Source of the DNA: a bacterium
Lineage (GTDB): Bacteria > Electryoneota > Electryoneia > Electryoneales > Electryoneaceae
NCBI GenBank assembly: GCA_963675295.2
Contig: CAXXKJ010000002.1
Span: 3,616,001-3,680,000 of the forward strand
DNA: 64,000 bases
Direction of reading: 5' to 3'
Positions within the stretch are counted from its first letter, which is position 1. Every line of letters begins with the position of its first letter. Both the position numbers and the translations under genes were made by a program. This document shows, one piece after another, positions 36,919 through 47,595 of the stretch. The notes below the pieces were generated by a model. It saw nothing but the letters and a program-made list of their open reading frames with translations. It ran no database searches and was not told the origin of the DNA.

Positions 36919-37094
36919 GGCGCCCAAGGTAGAGAACAGGAAGTGCAGCAACAAGCGATCTCCGGGGCGGAGCGTACTATTTGTTTCTTGTTAGAGCGAA
37001 AACTAAAGCATTATGAATACGACAATAAACAACCCGCAGAGTCGCTCTACGGGTTTGATGCTTTCAGGTTGCTGACCCAGCCCACGGATACGCG

Positions 37095-38249
37095 TCAACC
37101 GGTAATCTCGAACATCCGTTCCAGTGCGATGTTGGAGAGGCGGCGGGTTTCGTCGTCGACAGTGATCTGCCAGCGGTACTCGCCGTTCACCAACGCCTTC
37201 ATGCTGTCGCGCAGGGCTTCCGGGCTGATGCGGAACATGGTCGAGCAGAGGCACGCGTACGGCGCCAGGCTGAACACTTCCTTGCCCTCTGCGGCCATCT
37301 CGGCGCCGAGACGGTTGACCAGGTGGTTTTCGGTGCCGACGGCCCACTTGGTTCCTGCGGGTGCCTCACGGATCGTCTTCAGAATCCCGCCGGTAGAACC
37401 GGAATAGTCGGCTTTCTGCACCACCTCAAAGCTGCACTCGGGGTGCACGATGACCTTGATTTCCGGGTCGCGTTTACGCCACACATCCACGTGTTCCGGC
37501 ACGAAGTGCTGGTGCACGCTGCAGTGTCCACGCCACAGCAGGATGCGGGAGTTGGTGATCGTGTCACGGTCATGCCCACCGAGATCCTCTTCCGGATCCC
37601 AGACAATCATGTCGTCCAGCGGTACGCCGAGGTCGTAGCTGGTGTTGCGTCCGAGGTGCTGATCCGGGAAGAAGAACAGCTTCTCGCCCCGTTCCAGCGC
37701 CCATTTGATGACCTTCTGCGCATTGGCTGACGTGCAGATCGTGCCGCCGTGTTTGCCGACGAACGCCTTGACCGCGGCGGTGGAATTGATGTACGTGACC
37801 GGCGTGATCTTCGTCGTGTCGTAGAACTGACCGATCTGCTCCCACGCGTCCTCGATGTCGTCAATCTCGGCCATGTCGGCCATTGTGCAGCCGGCACGTT
37901 TGTCCGGCAGAATGACGGTCACATCCTTCGGCGTCAGCATGTCGGCGGTTTCGGCCATGAAGTGCACGCCGAGGAAGATGACGTACTTCGCATCATCCAT
38001 CTTCGCCGCGTACTGGCTGAGTTTGAGGCTGTCGCCGCGTCTGTCGGCGAACTGGATGACTTCGTCCCGCTGGTAGTGGTGCCCGAGCAGGACCAGGTCC
38101 GATCCGAGCTGCGCACGCAGATCGCGGATTTCGTCTATCAGCTGCGGCGGAATGAGCGGATCACCCATCTTCGTGACATCGGCAATGGGCTGTTCCGGAT
38201 TCCAGCGGACTTCCATCTTGTCGGCAACACCTGGGGTCTTGATCGCCAT
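37095..38249 (-). CDS. nadA: Quinolinate synthase
   Basis: LGHHYQ, GDSLKLS, VHFMAET, AGCTMADM, TYINS, GHCSVH, VHPEC, CLCSTM. Confidence 0.96.
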   Translation of the reverse strand: MAIKTPGVADKMEVRWNPEQPIADVTKMGDPLIPPQLIDEIRDLRAQLGSDLVLLGHHYQRDEVIQFADRRGDSLKLSQYAAKMDDAKYVIFLGVHFMAETADMLTPKDVTVILPDKRAGCTMADMAEIDDIEDAWEQIGQFYDTTKITPVTYINSTAAVKAFVGKHGGTICTSANAQKVIKWALERGEKLFFFPDQHLGRNTSYDLGVPLDDMIVWDPEEDLGGHDRDTITNSRILLWRGHCSVHQHFVPEHVDVWRKRDPEIKVIVHPECSFEVVQKADYSGSTGGILKTIREAPAGTKWAVGTENHLVNRLGAEMAAEGKEVFSLAPYACLCSTMFRISPEALRDSMKALVNGEYRWQITVDDETRRLSNIALERMFEITG

Positions 38250-38421
38250 GGCAACAGCATCCTTCGGGGCGGTTCAAACCAAACGTTTACGCGAATGAAC
38301 CGTGAATATAACAGCCTGATTCGGCCTCAACCCGGCTCGGCTCGGCGGGAATATCCATCGGTTAGCGTAGTCTAACTCTTTCACGTCTGCAAGGGGAAAA
38401 CGTTTCAAGGGTACGCGTGCC

Positions 38422-40035
38422 TCACGGGGCCGCGAACGGGCCGTATTCCGGTGCCTGCGGATGCTGCAGATCAGTCAGCCGCCACGCCTTCATCCGCACC
38501 CAACGGCCACGATGGCGCACTGAATCCAGCGGCAATGCTTCGACCGAGGCAAACCGGGGTGCGAAGTGCTTTTCCGGGTCGATGTCGTAACGTGCCTGCG
38601 TGATGAAGACGCCGGACCAGCGCTCGTACAGCGTTTCCGGTGCCCACCACGCGAACATGTGGATGTCGGCCGGATTGAGCAACACGATGGTGTGTTCGCC
38701 CTGATCCGCCCATGCCAATTCGCCAGCAGTGAACCATTTGTGCGCGAAGATGAGGTCGGTTTCGTCAAGATCGCCGGATTGTTCAAGCTCGTCCAGCGCC
38801 GCCCTCCACCCCGCCGGGTCGAGAGTCGGGTCGGATCGCGGTTCGAGCGGAATGAACCCGGTCGCCGCCTGGATCACGACCAGCGCCACCAGCAGCAGGT
38901 TGACACCGATTGCGATCGCGGTGTTGCGTTGCACGCGCGTTGTCCACGCAAATCCGCCTGCCGCCAGCACGAACGCCGCGGCGTACCCGGGCATGGTCCA
39001 ATGGGGCAGGATGCCTCGTGTCAGGCCGATCAGTGTGATCCCGATGACCGGCGTCAGGAAGAATGCGACGAGCCAGCGGTCGGTTCGCGAGGTATGAGGA
39101 ACACCATCACTCTCGCCACTCTTACCACGGACTAAAGTCCGTGGTAATGTTGTGGCATGCCCGCCTGCGTCACTTTTACCACGGACTTTAGTCCGTGGTC
39201 CTCTGCGGAACACACCCCAGAACAGCACCACCGCCACCCACGGTGTCAGGTAGCCGATTTGCCCGCCGATTGCCTGCCCGATGAGATCGAAACGCAGCCG
39301 CAGTTCGCCGCTGGTGCCCTTGCCGAACTGTTCAGCGAACGAGATCCAGTGGTTGTTCGCGTTCCACCAGATCGTCGGCGCGAACACCAGCAACGCGATT
39401 ACCAGCGCGAAATACAGCCGCCAGTCCAACCACCAGCGCCGCAGCTGCTTGTCGTAAATCGACGCGATCACCAGCGACGCCGGCAACAACACGGCGTGGT
39501 ACTTGGCGAGCAGCGCCAGTCCGGTGCAGACACCGAGCAGGGCAAACAGCAAGGTTCTGCGGACAAAGTCCAGTTCCCCATTCCGCAACCGTTCCGCGAC
39601 GACCAGCGCCCAGACCCAGGCGAGCAGCAGGGCGTTATCGGGGATGACAAACGCGCCCGCGCCGACGAGGAAGTAGGGGGACGCGTGGAGCAGGAGCACC
39701 GCGAATCGTGCGGCGTCCCGGTTGTATACTCGTCCCGCGAGCAGGTAAACTCCGGGCAGGGTGAGGGTGAAGGCCAGCACCGCGCCGAGACGCAGAGTCA
39801 GCGGGGTCCACAGTCCGGTCAGCCAGGTACCGAGACCGGCGACGATCGCCACCGCTGGCGGATGGTCGAAATAGCCCCACGCGAGGTTGCGGGCGAAGAG
39901 ATGGTAGTAGGCTTCGTCAAAGCCCGGCCCGATCATGCCGGACAGCGCGAGGCGCACGGCGAACGAGACGGCGAGCGTGACCCAGAAGACACGATCACGG
40001 ACCAGGGTGGCGAAGGTGACGGATTCCGAAAGCAT
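38422..40035 (-). CDS. Glycosyltransferase family 39 (ArnT/PMT-like) membrane protein
   Basis: DEAYY..LAWGYFDHPP, GLALLAKY, LPHWTMPGY; start uncertain. Confidence 0.88.
   Translation of the reverse strand: MLSESVTFATLVRDRVFWVTLAVSFAVRLALSGMIGPGFDEAYYHLFARNLAWGYFDHPPAVAIVAGLGTWLTGLWTPLTLRLGAVLAFTLTLPGVYLLAGRVYNRDAARFAVLLLHASPYFLVGAGAFVIPDNALLLAWVWALVVAERLRNGELDFVRRTLLFALLGVCTGLALLAKYHAVLLPASLVIASIYDKQLRRWWLDWRLYFALVIALLVFAPTIWWNANNHWISFAEQFGKGTSGELRLRFDLIGQAIGGQIGYLTPWVAVVLFWGVFRRGPRTKVRGKSDAGGHATTLPRTLVRGKSGESDGVPHTSRTDRWLVAFFLTPVIGITLIGLTRGILPHWTMPGYAAAFVLAAGGFAWTTRVQRNTAIAIGVNLLLVALVVIQAATGFIPLEPRSDPTLDPAGWRAALDELEQSGDLDETDLIFAHKWFTAGELAWADQGEHTIVLLNPADIHMFAWWAPETLYERWSGVFITQARYDIDPEKHFAPRFASVEALPLDSVRHRGRWVRMKAWRLTDLQHPQAPEYGPFAAP
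39122..39199. repeat. Inverted doublet of REP-like palindromes inside the GT39 CDS
   Basis: ACCACGGAC-TAAA-GTCCGTGGT (39124-39145) and ACCACGGAC-TTTA-GTCCGTGGT (39178-39199). Confidence 0.85.
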
Positions 40036-40546
40036 GGCGAAAGGTACAGCATCCAGTGGCGGGCCGGAAGGCGGACGGTTCAAACAGGGCCCGCAACCGG
40101 GGTCGCTGAACCGTGTGCTGCTGGTCGACGATAACGACCGTTACGCCACGTCGTTAACCGAGGATCTGCACCGTCGCGGGGTCACAGATGTCGTGCGCGC
40201 GGTGAACGCAAAGGAAGGCGTGGAGCTGCTACGTGAGCGTGGCGACGAGTTCGACGGTGTCGTCTCCGACATTTCGATGGAGCATCAGATCAGCGGCTTG
40301 CGTGTGCTGCGAGTCGCGCGTGGGCTGGACAAACAACGACGGGCAAATGAAGACGGCACTGGTTCAGGCCGTCCCCTGATGGTTGCATGCGCTACCACCG
40401 GCCTCGACACGCAGATCGGTTACTGGTTCAATAAATTCCTGCTCGGCACATTGTACCGTTGCGACTTCCTGATCCCGAAACGCCCGATCAAACGGGACGG
40501 GAAGGTGTTCTGGATTCGTGGGGCGAAGGTGTGGGAAGCTGGTTAA
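40034..40546 (+). CDS. Single-domain response regulator (receiver)
   Basis: VLLVDD, SDISME, TT, IPKRP; start uncertain. Confidence 0.75.
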   Translation: MAKGTASSGGPEGGRFKQGPQPGSLNRVLLVDDNDRYATSLTEDLHRRGVTDVVRAVNAKEGVELLRERGDEFDGVVSDISMEHQISGLRVLRVARGLDKQRRANEDGTGSGRPLMVACATTGLDTQIGYWFNKFLLGTLYRCDFLIPKRPIKRDGKVFWIRGAKVWEAG

Positions 40547-40631
40547 GTTGGTACCGAATAATCGTACTAGTAGAAAGGAGTTGTTGTTCGATTGTACATT
40601 CCTATATTGATACTGAAACTTGGAGCAGCTC

Positions 40632-42086
40632 ATGAAAACAACATCCAATATCATCCTGTTGCTGCTACTGTCTTACTCTGTCATACCTTCCTTCGCTCAA
40701 CCTCCGCAGCGAGAGTGGAGAAGGAATTGGGGATTCCCTTACACAAATGAAGCCGCCTACTCCGTGGCAAACCTTCAAGGGAATGGCTTTGTCGTGGGTG
40801 CAAGTACGCGCATCTTTAGTAATTCTGGCTTATTGCTTGGATTCACCCCAGCTGGCAATGTGATTGGATATCAGCCAGAGCTGCCTACTGGACGGATCTA
40901 CTCGATTGCCACTCTACCTGAAACAGGCACGGCATGGATTAGTAATGGCAACAGCATCATCCTGGGTTTCACACAGTTTTCAGGTGAAACAACCTGGAGC
41001 CACGAGCTTCCAGGGTTTTCTCGTGTCGTAACAAATAGTGACAATGAAGTCGTTGCTGCTGTATCTACTGATAACATGATCGGATCACCAGTTGAGCTAA
41101 GAACTTATGACGAAACAGGCGTTTTGCTATCAGTAGAAAACTTCTATTTGAGCAATATCGGCGAACCAGCAATTTCTTCTTTGTCAATTACTAGTTCGGG
41201 ACATTATCTAGTTAGTGGGGTGATTTCTTTTAATGATGAACTACAAGGATGGACCTTACGACTTTCTGAAAATGGAGATTCATTAAATGTTATCTACTAT
41301 AGCACATACATGAACTCCTGTCCCTCACATGATAATGGTTTTTATACTTTTTCTCTCTTGACCGATGAACTTGCGAGATTCAGTGCCACAGATGAGCTCC
41401 TCTGGGAGACCAGCGTCAACCATTTTCATGATACAAACGCCCCAATCCCAACCGCCGATGGTGGAGTAATTGTACTTGGTTTTACAGGTGATGGACCGTC
41501 TTCAGCCGTAGCGGACAAGTTCGATGCTGCTGGTAATGCACTTTGGAGTTATCAGACTCAAGGGCCTTGGTTTGAGGATACGTACGCCTATGACGGGATC
41601 GGTCTTGAAGATGGCTACCTGTTGGTCGGAAAGACTGATTGGCCGCAACAGGACTACAATTATTCGCAAATCTGGGTCGAACGACTCGGTTTGGACATCA
41701 CGGATCAACGGATTCTCGCCTGGCCAGCTCAGGATAGTGTTGTCGTCGTGCCGGGGGAATCGTTCCGTTGGAATGGCCGGCTTAAAAATAACCTTTCTGA
41801 ACCAGTAACCACTGATGTCTGGGTTCAGGTGTTAACGCCTGGTGGCACACTCACGGACCCGGTTCACCTTTGGGAAGATGTTGCTTTGTCTGCCGATGAG
41901 GTGATTCAGGTTTCCCCATTCCAATATGTACCGATGTGGGTTGAATCGGGAACGTATCACTATCTCGTCCGGATCGGTGACTATCCGCAGGAGAGGTTTG
42001 AGGATGTACTTCAATTCACTGTGGCCAGCACCAGTTCAACCAGTAGCCCTTCAGAACCTGCCGATTGGCGGCTTCGGCTGCGTTAA
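40632..42086 (+). CDS. Secreted hypothetical protein (beta-propeller-like plus C-terminal Ig-like domain), AT-richer than neighbours
   Basis: Signal peptide, GD/GN.LW repeats. Confidence 0.7.
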   Translation: MKTTSNIILLLLLSYSVIPSFAQPPQREWRRNWGFPYTNEAAYSVANLQGNGFVVGASTRIFSNSGLLLGFTPAGNVIGYQPELPTGRIYSIATLPETGTAWISNGNSIILGFTQFSGETTWSHELPGFSRVVTNSDNEVVAAVSTDNMIGSPVELRTYDETGVLLSVENFYLSNIGEPAISSLSITSSGHYLVSGVISFNDELQGWTLRLSENGDSLNVIYYSTYMNSCPSHDNGFYTFSLLTDELARFSATDELLWETSVNHFHDTNAPIPTADGGVIVLGFTGDGPSSAVADKFDAAGNALWSYQTQGPWFEDTYAYDGIGLEDGYLLVGKTDWPQQDYNYSQIWVERLGLDITDQRILAWPAQDSVVVVPGESFRWNGRLKNNLSEPVTTDVWVQVLTPGGTLTDPVHLWEDVALSADEVIQVSPFQYVPMWVESGTYHYLVRIGDYPQERFEDVLQFTVASTSSTSSPSEPADWRLRLR

Positions 42087-42137
42087 GGGTGATTCACAAT
42101 CATACCCGGCGACCGCTTTGGCAACACCGTAACTCAC

Positions 42138-42158
42138 CAGCCCGCAGCCCGCAGCCCG
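42138..42158. repeat. Heptamer CAGCCCG x3 next to the stop at 42160
   Basis: Read directly. Confidence 0.7.
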
Positions 42159-42159
42159 C

Positions 42160-43911
42160 TCAGTCGTAATCCCTCACCAGCCGGATCCCGCCGACGTCGT
42201 AATCGCCGCCGTTGGGTGTGCCACGGTTGGCAATACGTAGCCGGCTGCCCGGGTTGTGCCAGCAGCCGCCGCGCAGCACGTGGACGGTGCCGAGGTTTGG
42301 GCCCTGCGGATCGACGACCGGGCTGTTGCGGTAGTAGCCGGCGCCGTACCAGTCGGAGCAGCGTTCCCACGCGTTCCCGAGCACGTCATACAGCCCCCAG
42401 GGGTTCGGCAGCTTCTGACCCACAGCTTTTGGACGCGGGGGATCGTTGTTCTCGTCGAACCACGCGTACAGCTCCAGCTCGGAATAGTCCGGATCGTCGC
42501 CCCACCAGAACCGTGTGCTGTCGTTGCCTGCGCGCGCGAACAGCTCCCACTCTGCTTCGGTCGGGAGACGCCACGGGTTGTTCGGCAGGTCGGCGTTTAA
42601 CGCCGGCAGCAGATCCTGGTCGACAAACTCGCTGGTCACCTGCGTCACCGGATAGTCCGGGCCGACAAACACGGACGGATTGTAGCCGGTCAACGCTTCC
42701 CACTGGGCCTGCGTCAGCTCGAACTTGCCAACGTAGAATCCCTGGCTGATGGTAACCGGATGGCGCGGGTACTCGTCGGATTGCCCGTCCAGTTCGTCGA
42801 TCTGCGCGCCCATCATGTACGATCCGGCCGGAATATACGCCATGTCGTACATCAGGCCGGTGTTGCCCAATTCGAATTCCTGGTCGCCCGGGGGCGGCGG
42901 TGCGGCGACGATGGTAAATTTCTTCAGATAGTTGCTGTTGTAGTTGAGCAGACGCCGGGTCTGGCTGGCCGCTTCGCCCTGGGCACCGAAGGCGTAGCCG
43001 TTGGATGGCATCGGCGTTACGAACAGATCCTCGGCGGACAGGCCCTCGTTGGGATACAGGAACCAGTCGCCGGCGGGTAACGATTGAGTGCCGGCCTGAA
43101 TCGGTGTCAGCTGGTTGTTCGCATCAAGCAGGCCGATCTCCGTCGTCACCGCCATCCGGATGGTGGTGGTGATGGTTACACCCGGAAAGATGAATTCGTT
43201 TGTGGTCCAGTCGGTTTTCATCATGTGAATGCCGAGCTGAGCGTTCCATTGGGTCGGGAACGACCAGTGATAGGTGTAGGTTCCGAACAGGACGTTGTTC
43301 GGATAAGCGCCGAGACCGGCGGAGATCGCGGCTTCGTTGATGAAGTTTTCGAAGGTTGCCGTCTGATCAATGAAAACCGCCTGCAACACTTCCGGCGAAC
43401 GGCACTCGATGTAATTCAACGCCGTGTACTGGTCCTCAAGCTGCTGATTGTTCCACAGCGACACTTGTATCTGCTGGCGAACAACATTCTGCATCAGGTT
43501 GTTGTCGAGAAAGGCCGTCAGCCAGTTATAGATCGGGGAACCGGATCCGTCCAGCATGTTGCTGACACGGTTGAACATCCGTATTTCTTCGCTGGTGAAC
43601 TGGGATGCGAAGTAGACGGCGAACGTATTCCAGCCCATCATATCATCGTCGGCGACTACACGTTCGACATAGTTGACCGAGGCGTTGGTGATCGCCGCTG
43701 AGACCAGCGTACCCAGTGACAACTCTTCCAGGTTGCTCGTACTCGGCTGGCCGACAGCGGTAAAGGCATCGGTTTCGATGGTTGTGAAAGCTGGACGGGC
43801 GGCTGCATTGGGGGAGTGGTTCCGTGCCTCATCGGCGAATGCCAACCAGGGCAACAGCAGAACCATCAGGGGGACAAAAAGTGACAGACCGGAGGACCGG
43901 GTCATTTCCAT
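42160..43911 (-). CDS. Secreted protein with unknown N-terminal region and C-terminal FGE-sulfatase (SUMF1/CLec) domain
   Basis: IPAGSYMMG, RLPTEAEWE, PNPWGLYDVLGNAWE, VLRGG, GIRLVRD. Confidence 0.85.
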   Translation of the reverse strand: MEMTRSSGLSLFVPLMVLLLPWLAFADEARNHSPNAAARPAFTTIETDAFTAVGQPSTSNLEELSLGTLVSAAITNASVNYVERVVADDDMMGWNTFAVYFASQFTSEEIRMFNRVSNMLDGSGSPIYNWLTAFLDNNLMQNVVRQQIQVSLWNNQQLEDQYTALNYIECRSPEVLQAVFIDQTATFENFINEAAISAGLGAYPNNVLFGTYTYHWSFPTQWNAQLGIHMMKTDWTTNEFIFPGVTITTTIRMAVTTEIGLLDANNQLTPIQAGTQSLPAGDWFLYPNEGLSAEDLFVTPMPSNGYAFGAQGEAASQTRRLLNYNSNYLKKFTIVAAPPPPGDQEFELGNTGLMYDMAYIPAGSYMMGAQIDELDGQSDEYPRHPVTISQGFYVGKFELTQAQWEALTGYNPSVFVGPDYPVTQVTSEFVDQDLLPALNADLPNNPWRLPTEAEWELFARAGNDSTRFWWGDDPDYSELELYAWFDENNDPPRPKAVGQKLPNPWGLYDVLGNAWERCSDWYGAGYYRNSPVVDPQGPNLGTVHVLRGGCWHNPGSRLRIANRGTPNGGDYDVGGIRLVRDYD

Positions 43912-44049
43912 GTTCCTCGTTCAATGAAACGTCGCTCGCATTCACTCGTGCCGGGTACCCGTCTTTGCGACACCCTGTCGTGTCCCTTGCCCGGACCCAT
44001 AGCTTTGTAATGTACGAACGGCGATAAAGTTTGACAAGAACATGAAAAA

Positions 44050-44805
44050 TCAGAAATCAGCGGTGCGCTCGAGAGCAGCTTTGGTGAAATCGTCCTCGGA
44101 GTAAGGCACGTCGAACTCGATTCCGGTAATCTCGAACCGGGTCCATTTGTCCTCGGTGATGTGACTGCGGATCATGGTGCTGGTGGCGAACCAGCGGTCG
44201 CCGAACTGTTGGATCTTCTCGACGCTCATCTCCTTGATCGGATATTGGGACGCGTCAAAGTTGAGCACCCGTGTCGCGACGTTCCGCGACTTATCGATGG
44301 TAATCTCGCGGAACGGGTAGGAGACGGTCATGTCTTTCGCCTCCATCCGGATCTCAACGGTGCTGTCGGTTTCGGCGGTGATGGACGCGTTGTACTTGTC
44401 TGCCCAGGACGAGGATTGTGTCATGTCCTCATACGACATGTCGCTGCCCTGCACACCCTCGCGCAGCATGTGGCCCTGCACCAGCATCGTGCGATCCACG
44501 CGCGGGAAATAAATCCACAGTTGATCATCGCGGCGAAGGTAGCGGGTGCCGGCGTCCCGCGGTGGCTCGAGGTATTCCATCAGCGCGTACTGATCGCCGA
44601 CGACATGCCCGCGCATCTTGAACACACGTTCCTGCCCGGCCGGGAGGTGCACGGTCATCACGGCGGTGTATTTCGCCGATTCCATCACCTGGTTACGGTC
44701 GAGCGCGTTCAGCCAGTCGAAGGCGGATTTCTTGGCTGCAGCCGTCCCGGGGAGGACTACGCTGAGTAGTATCACAAGAAGAATCGAGTTTCGTAGCAGC
44801 TTCAT
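44050..44805 (-). CDS. LolA-like outer-membrane lipoprotein-sorting protein
   Basis: Signal peptide, PPRDAGTRYL, LWIYFP, GSDMSYED. Confidence 0.85.
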   Translation of the reverse strand: MKLLRNSILLVILLSVVLPGTAAAKKSAFDWLNALDRNQVMESAKYTAVMTVHLPAGQERVFKMRGHVVGDQYALMEYLEPPRDAGTRYLRRDDQLWIYFPRVDRTMLVQGHMLREGVQGSDMSYEDMTQSSSWADKYNASITAETDSTVEIRMEAKDMTVSYPFREITIDKSRNVATRVLNFDASQYPIKEMSVEKIQQFGDRWFATSTMIRSHITEDKWTRFEITGIEFDVPYSEDDFTKAALERTADF

Positions 44806-44808
44806 GTC

Positions 44809-46044
44809 CTATACACTCCGCAATGCATTTGCGGGTTCTAAGCGGGCTGCGACCCGTGCCGGATACCACGCCGCGACCACCGCTATCACCAGTCCGAGCA
44901 AACTCGCCTTCATTGCCGTGGCGAGGCTTGGATCGGGATAGAAGACGGTGTTCATCGGCAGATCCATCGTCTTGACGATCTCGCTGAAATCGAGGCCGAC
45001 GTGACTCAGCCAGATCGAAATCGCCATCCCGATGATCAAGCCGAGCACCGTTCCGACAAATCCAACAAGTGCCGATTCGGTCATCACCAGCCGGATCACG
45101 GTCCGCCGGTCGAACCCCATCGCGCGCAGCGCACCGATTTCACGGGTCCGCTCCATCACCGACATCAGCACGGTATTGACCACGGTAACCAGCGCGATGA
45201 TGCCGAGCAGACTCATCAGCACAGCGGTAAACACCCGCGCGGGGGCCATCATCTCGTACATCGACCCCTGTTGCTGCCACGGAACCGCTTGGACATGCTC
45301 GAACCCGGCGTCGTCGATGGCCTGCTGAATCTGCGCCGCAACCGGGATCGCGTTTTCCATGCCGCCGTCGATCATCAACGTGATGTTGAGCGCGCGATCC
45401 TCCATCGCCAACTGATACTGCGCGGGTGCGAGGGGGACGTAAAATGCGCGCCGGTCAAGCTGCGAAATGCCGCTCTTAAACGTTCCGGTCAGGGTATACA
45501 CTCCCGGCCCGAGGCCACCGTATGAGGTCGACGCGACGAAGAACAGTTCATCGCCGATGGAAAGCCCGAGTTTATCCGCAAGTTCGTACCCGATCAGGAT
45601 CTCGTCGGCGCTGTCGGCGGGGACACGTCCCTCGCTGACCCAGTCGTCCAGCTCGATCAGACCGTGCTCGCGGGACGGTGTCAGCGCGGTACCGTACGCG
45701 GGGATTGCGCCGTCCGGTCCGTCGAGGAGCACGCCGAAGCGGATGCGCGGGCTGGCCTGTTTCACCGCCGGGATGGTTTCGAGCACGTACAGCAAGCTGT
45801 CAACGCCGGTCAGTCCCTGGTCGAGTGGCAGCAAACGGACCCGATCCACCGCCGCTTCCGGCATGATCTTGACGTGCCCGGCCTCGATGCGGACGTACGA
45901 TTCGAAGAAACCGTCCACCGCGCCTTCGACATACGCATCCGTAAATGTCGCGGCAGCCACCGCCAATGCAATGGCGAGAGTGGTCAGCAGGCTGCGCCCG
46001 GGACGGCGGCGGGTGTTGCGGAATGCGAGATGCGTGATGCTCAC
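44809..46044 (-). CDS. ABC transporter permease (FtsX/LolE-like)
   Basis: LAFRNTRR, MSVMERTREIGALRAMG; GTG start overlapping the upstream stop. Confidence 0.9.
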   Translation of the reverse strand: MSITHLAFRNTRRRPGRSLLTTLAIALAVAAATFTDAYVEGAVDGFFESYVRIEAGHVKIMPEAAVDRVRLLPLDQGLTGVDSLLYVLETIPAVKQASPRIRFGVLLDGPDGAIPAYGTALTPSREHGLIELDDWVSEGRVPADSADEILIGYELADKLGLSIGDELFFVASTSYGGLGPGVYTLTGTFKSGISQLDRRAFYVPLAPAQYQLAMEDRALNITLMIDGGMENAIPVAAQIQQAIDDAGFEHVQAVPWQQQGSMYEMMAPARVFTAVLMSLLGIIALVTVVNTVLMSVMERTREIGALRAMGFDRRTVIRLVMTESALVGFVGTVLGLIIGMAISIWLSHVGLDFSEIVKTMDLPMNTVFYPDPSLATAMKASLLGLVIAVVAAWYPARVAARLEPANALRSV

Positions 46045-47276
46045 AGTCGCCCCTCCCGCAGGGCACGGACGACTTCGCCCCGCTGCGCCCGGTAGGCCGC
46101 GGTCCAACTCGCCAGCGCAGTCAGGATCAGACCGAATGACAGAGTGATGATCGGATTGGACGCGTGCAGACTGGGATAGAACGCGGTGTTGATCGGGATG
46201 CCGGATTGCACATCCTCATACGCTTCAAGGCTGATCCCGACGTTGTGCAGCCACATCACGATCGCGCTGCCGAAGATCAGCGCCAGGATTCCCGCCAACA
46301 ACCCGATGCTGAGGCCCTCGAACAGAAACAGACGGCCAATCATCGACCGTTCGAAGCCCAGCGCGCGCAACGCACCGATCTCCTGCGTGCGTTCGTGCAC
46401 CGCCATGATCATCGTGTTCGACACCGCAACCGCCGCGATCAGTGCCAGGATGGCGACGACGACGCTCATCGAGATCCGGCGGAATTGCATCACGTAGAGG
46501 AATCCAGACGCCGCCTCCTCCCACGTCTGCCATTCAAGGTCGGTGCCATGGGCGATGATCTGCTGACGTAGCGTGCCGGCGTCCTTGCGGTTGCTACCGA
46601 GAATGGCGAGTTCGTTGCCGGAATCGTTGACCAACGCGAGCTGTTGTGCGTCGGCGAGGCTGACGTACGCGCTCTGCCCGTCCACGGCCGGGTGGCCCGT
46701 GTTGAGAATGCCGATGATTGGCAGCCGCAGCGAGTTCAATGCGCCCGGCGCACTGCGGGCGAACAGCGTCGGCCGGTCGCCAACCTTGAGCTGCATGTCC
46801 TTCGCCAGCTTGCGCCCGATCAGCACACCATGCTGGTGGTCGAGTGATTCGCCGCTCTGCAGTTGGTCGAGGGTGGCGTACACGGTGCGGTCGCGATCCG
46901 GATCGACGCCGACGATTTCGATGAACGCTTCCTCGGTGCCGACGATCAGTTGGCCGGGAATGTGCAGCCGGACGGTGGTCTGGACGTCGAACTCATCTGC
47001 CAGCGCGTCGCGTAACGAATCAGCGCTGCTGAACAGCTTGTCGAGGGTGCGGAACGTGTCGTCGTTGAGGTACCCCTGCGGGAAGCCGCGCAGGTGCGCG
47101 GTTTCGTACTTGACGTAGCTATCCAGCGCCTGGTCGGTAAGACCGTCCAGCATGGCGTAGGCGACGATCATCACGATCAGGCCCATGGTGAGGCCGGAGA
47201 CGGTCAGCGCGGTGCGGCGTTTCTGCCGCCGCAAATTGCGCAACGCAAGTCGGATGGCGATCAGCGTGTTACGCAT
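46041..47276 (-). CDS. ABC transporter permease (FtsX/LolC-like)
   Basis: LALRNLRRQKRRT, MAVHERTQEIGALRALG. Confidence 0.9.
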   Translation of the reverse strand: MRNTLIAIRLALRNLRRQKRRTALTVSGLTMGLIVMIVAYAMLDGLTDQALDSYVKYETAHLRGFPQGYLNDDTFRTLDKLFSSADSLRDALADEFDVQTTVRLHIPGQLIVGTEEAFIEIVGVDPDRDRTVYATLDQLQSGESLDHQHGVLIGRKLAKDMQLKVGDRPTLFARSAPGALNSLRLPIIGILNTGHPAVDGQSAYVSLADAQQLALVNDSGNELAILGSNRKDAGTLRQQIIAHGTDLEWQTWEEAASGFLYVMQFRRISMSVVVAILALIAAVAVSNTMIMAVHERTQEIGALRALGFERSMIGRLFLFEGLSIGLLAGILALIFGSAIVMWLHNVGISLEAYEDVQSGIPINTAFYPSLHASNPIITLSFGLILTALASWTAAYRAQRGEVVRALREGRL

Positions 47277-47595
47277 CCACGCGTCGCATTATCGGATAGA
47301 TATTCATCGTGATGACTAGAGGTGTGTTGTCCCGTTTGTCCGATCCTGTCACTCTGTAAAGATCGTAAATCAACAGGGCAGAATAAACCCGGTTGCCGGC
47401 TGAACTACTTCTGGAGATGCATGAAAAACTGGAATGCACCAGTTGGCGAATCGCGGGTGTCTGTTTATGACGGCATACTTGTCCGAGCTTGGTTCAATGT
47501 TGATTAATTGTGAATCCACGCTTCCCGAATGCGTGGTTTGATTGTACCTTTCAGCTACCAATCAGTTGCCGGCACGCGAACGGGGGACTTGCATC

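Noticed and set aside
42160-42320. Diversity-generating retroelement target (CLec/FGE C-terminus)
   Set aside because: No template repeat or reverse transcriptase seen in the window; a distant DGR cannot be excluded
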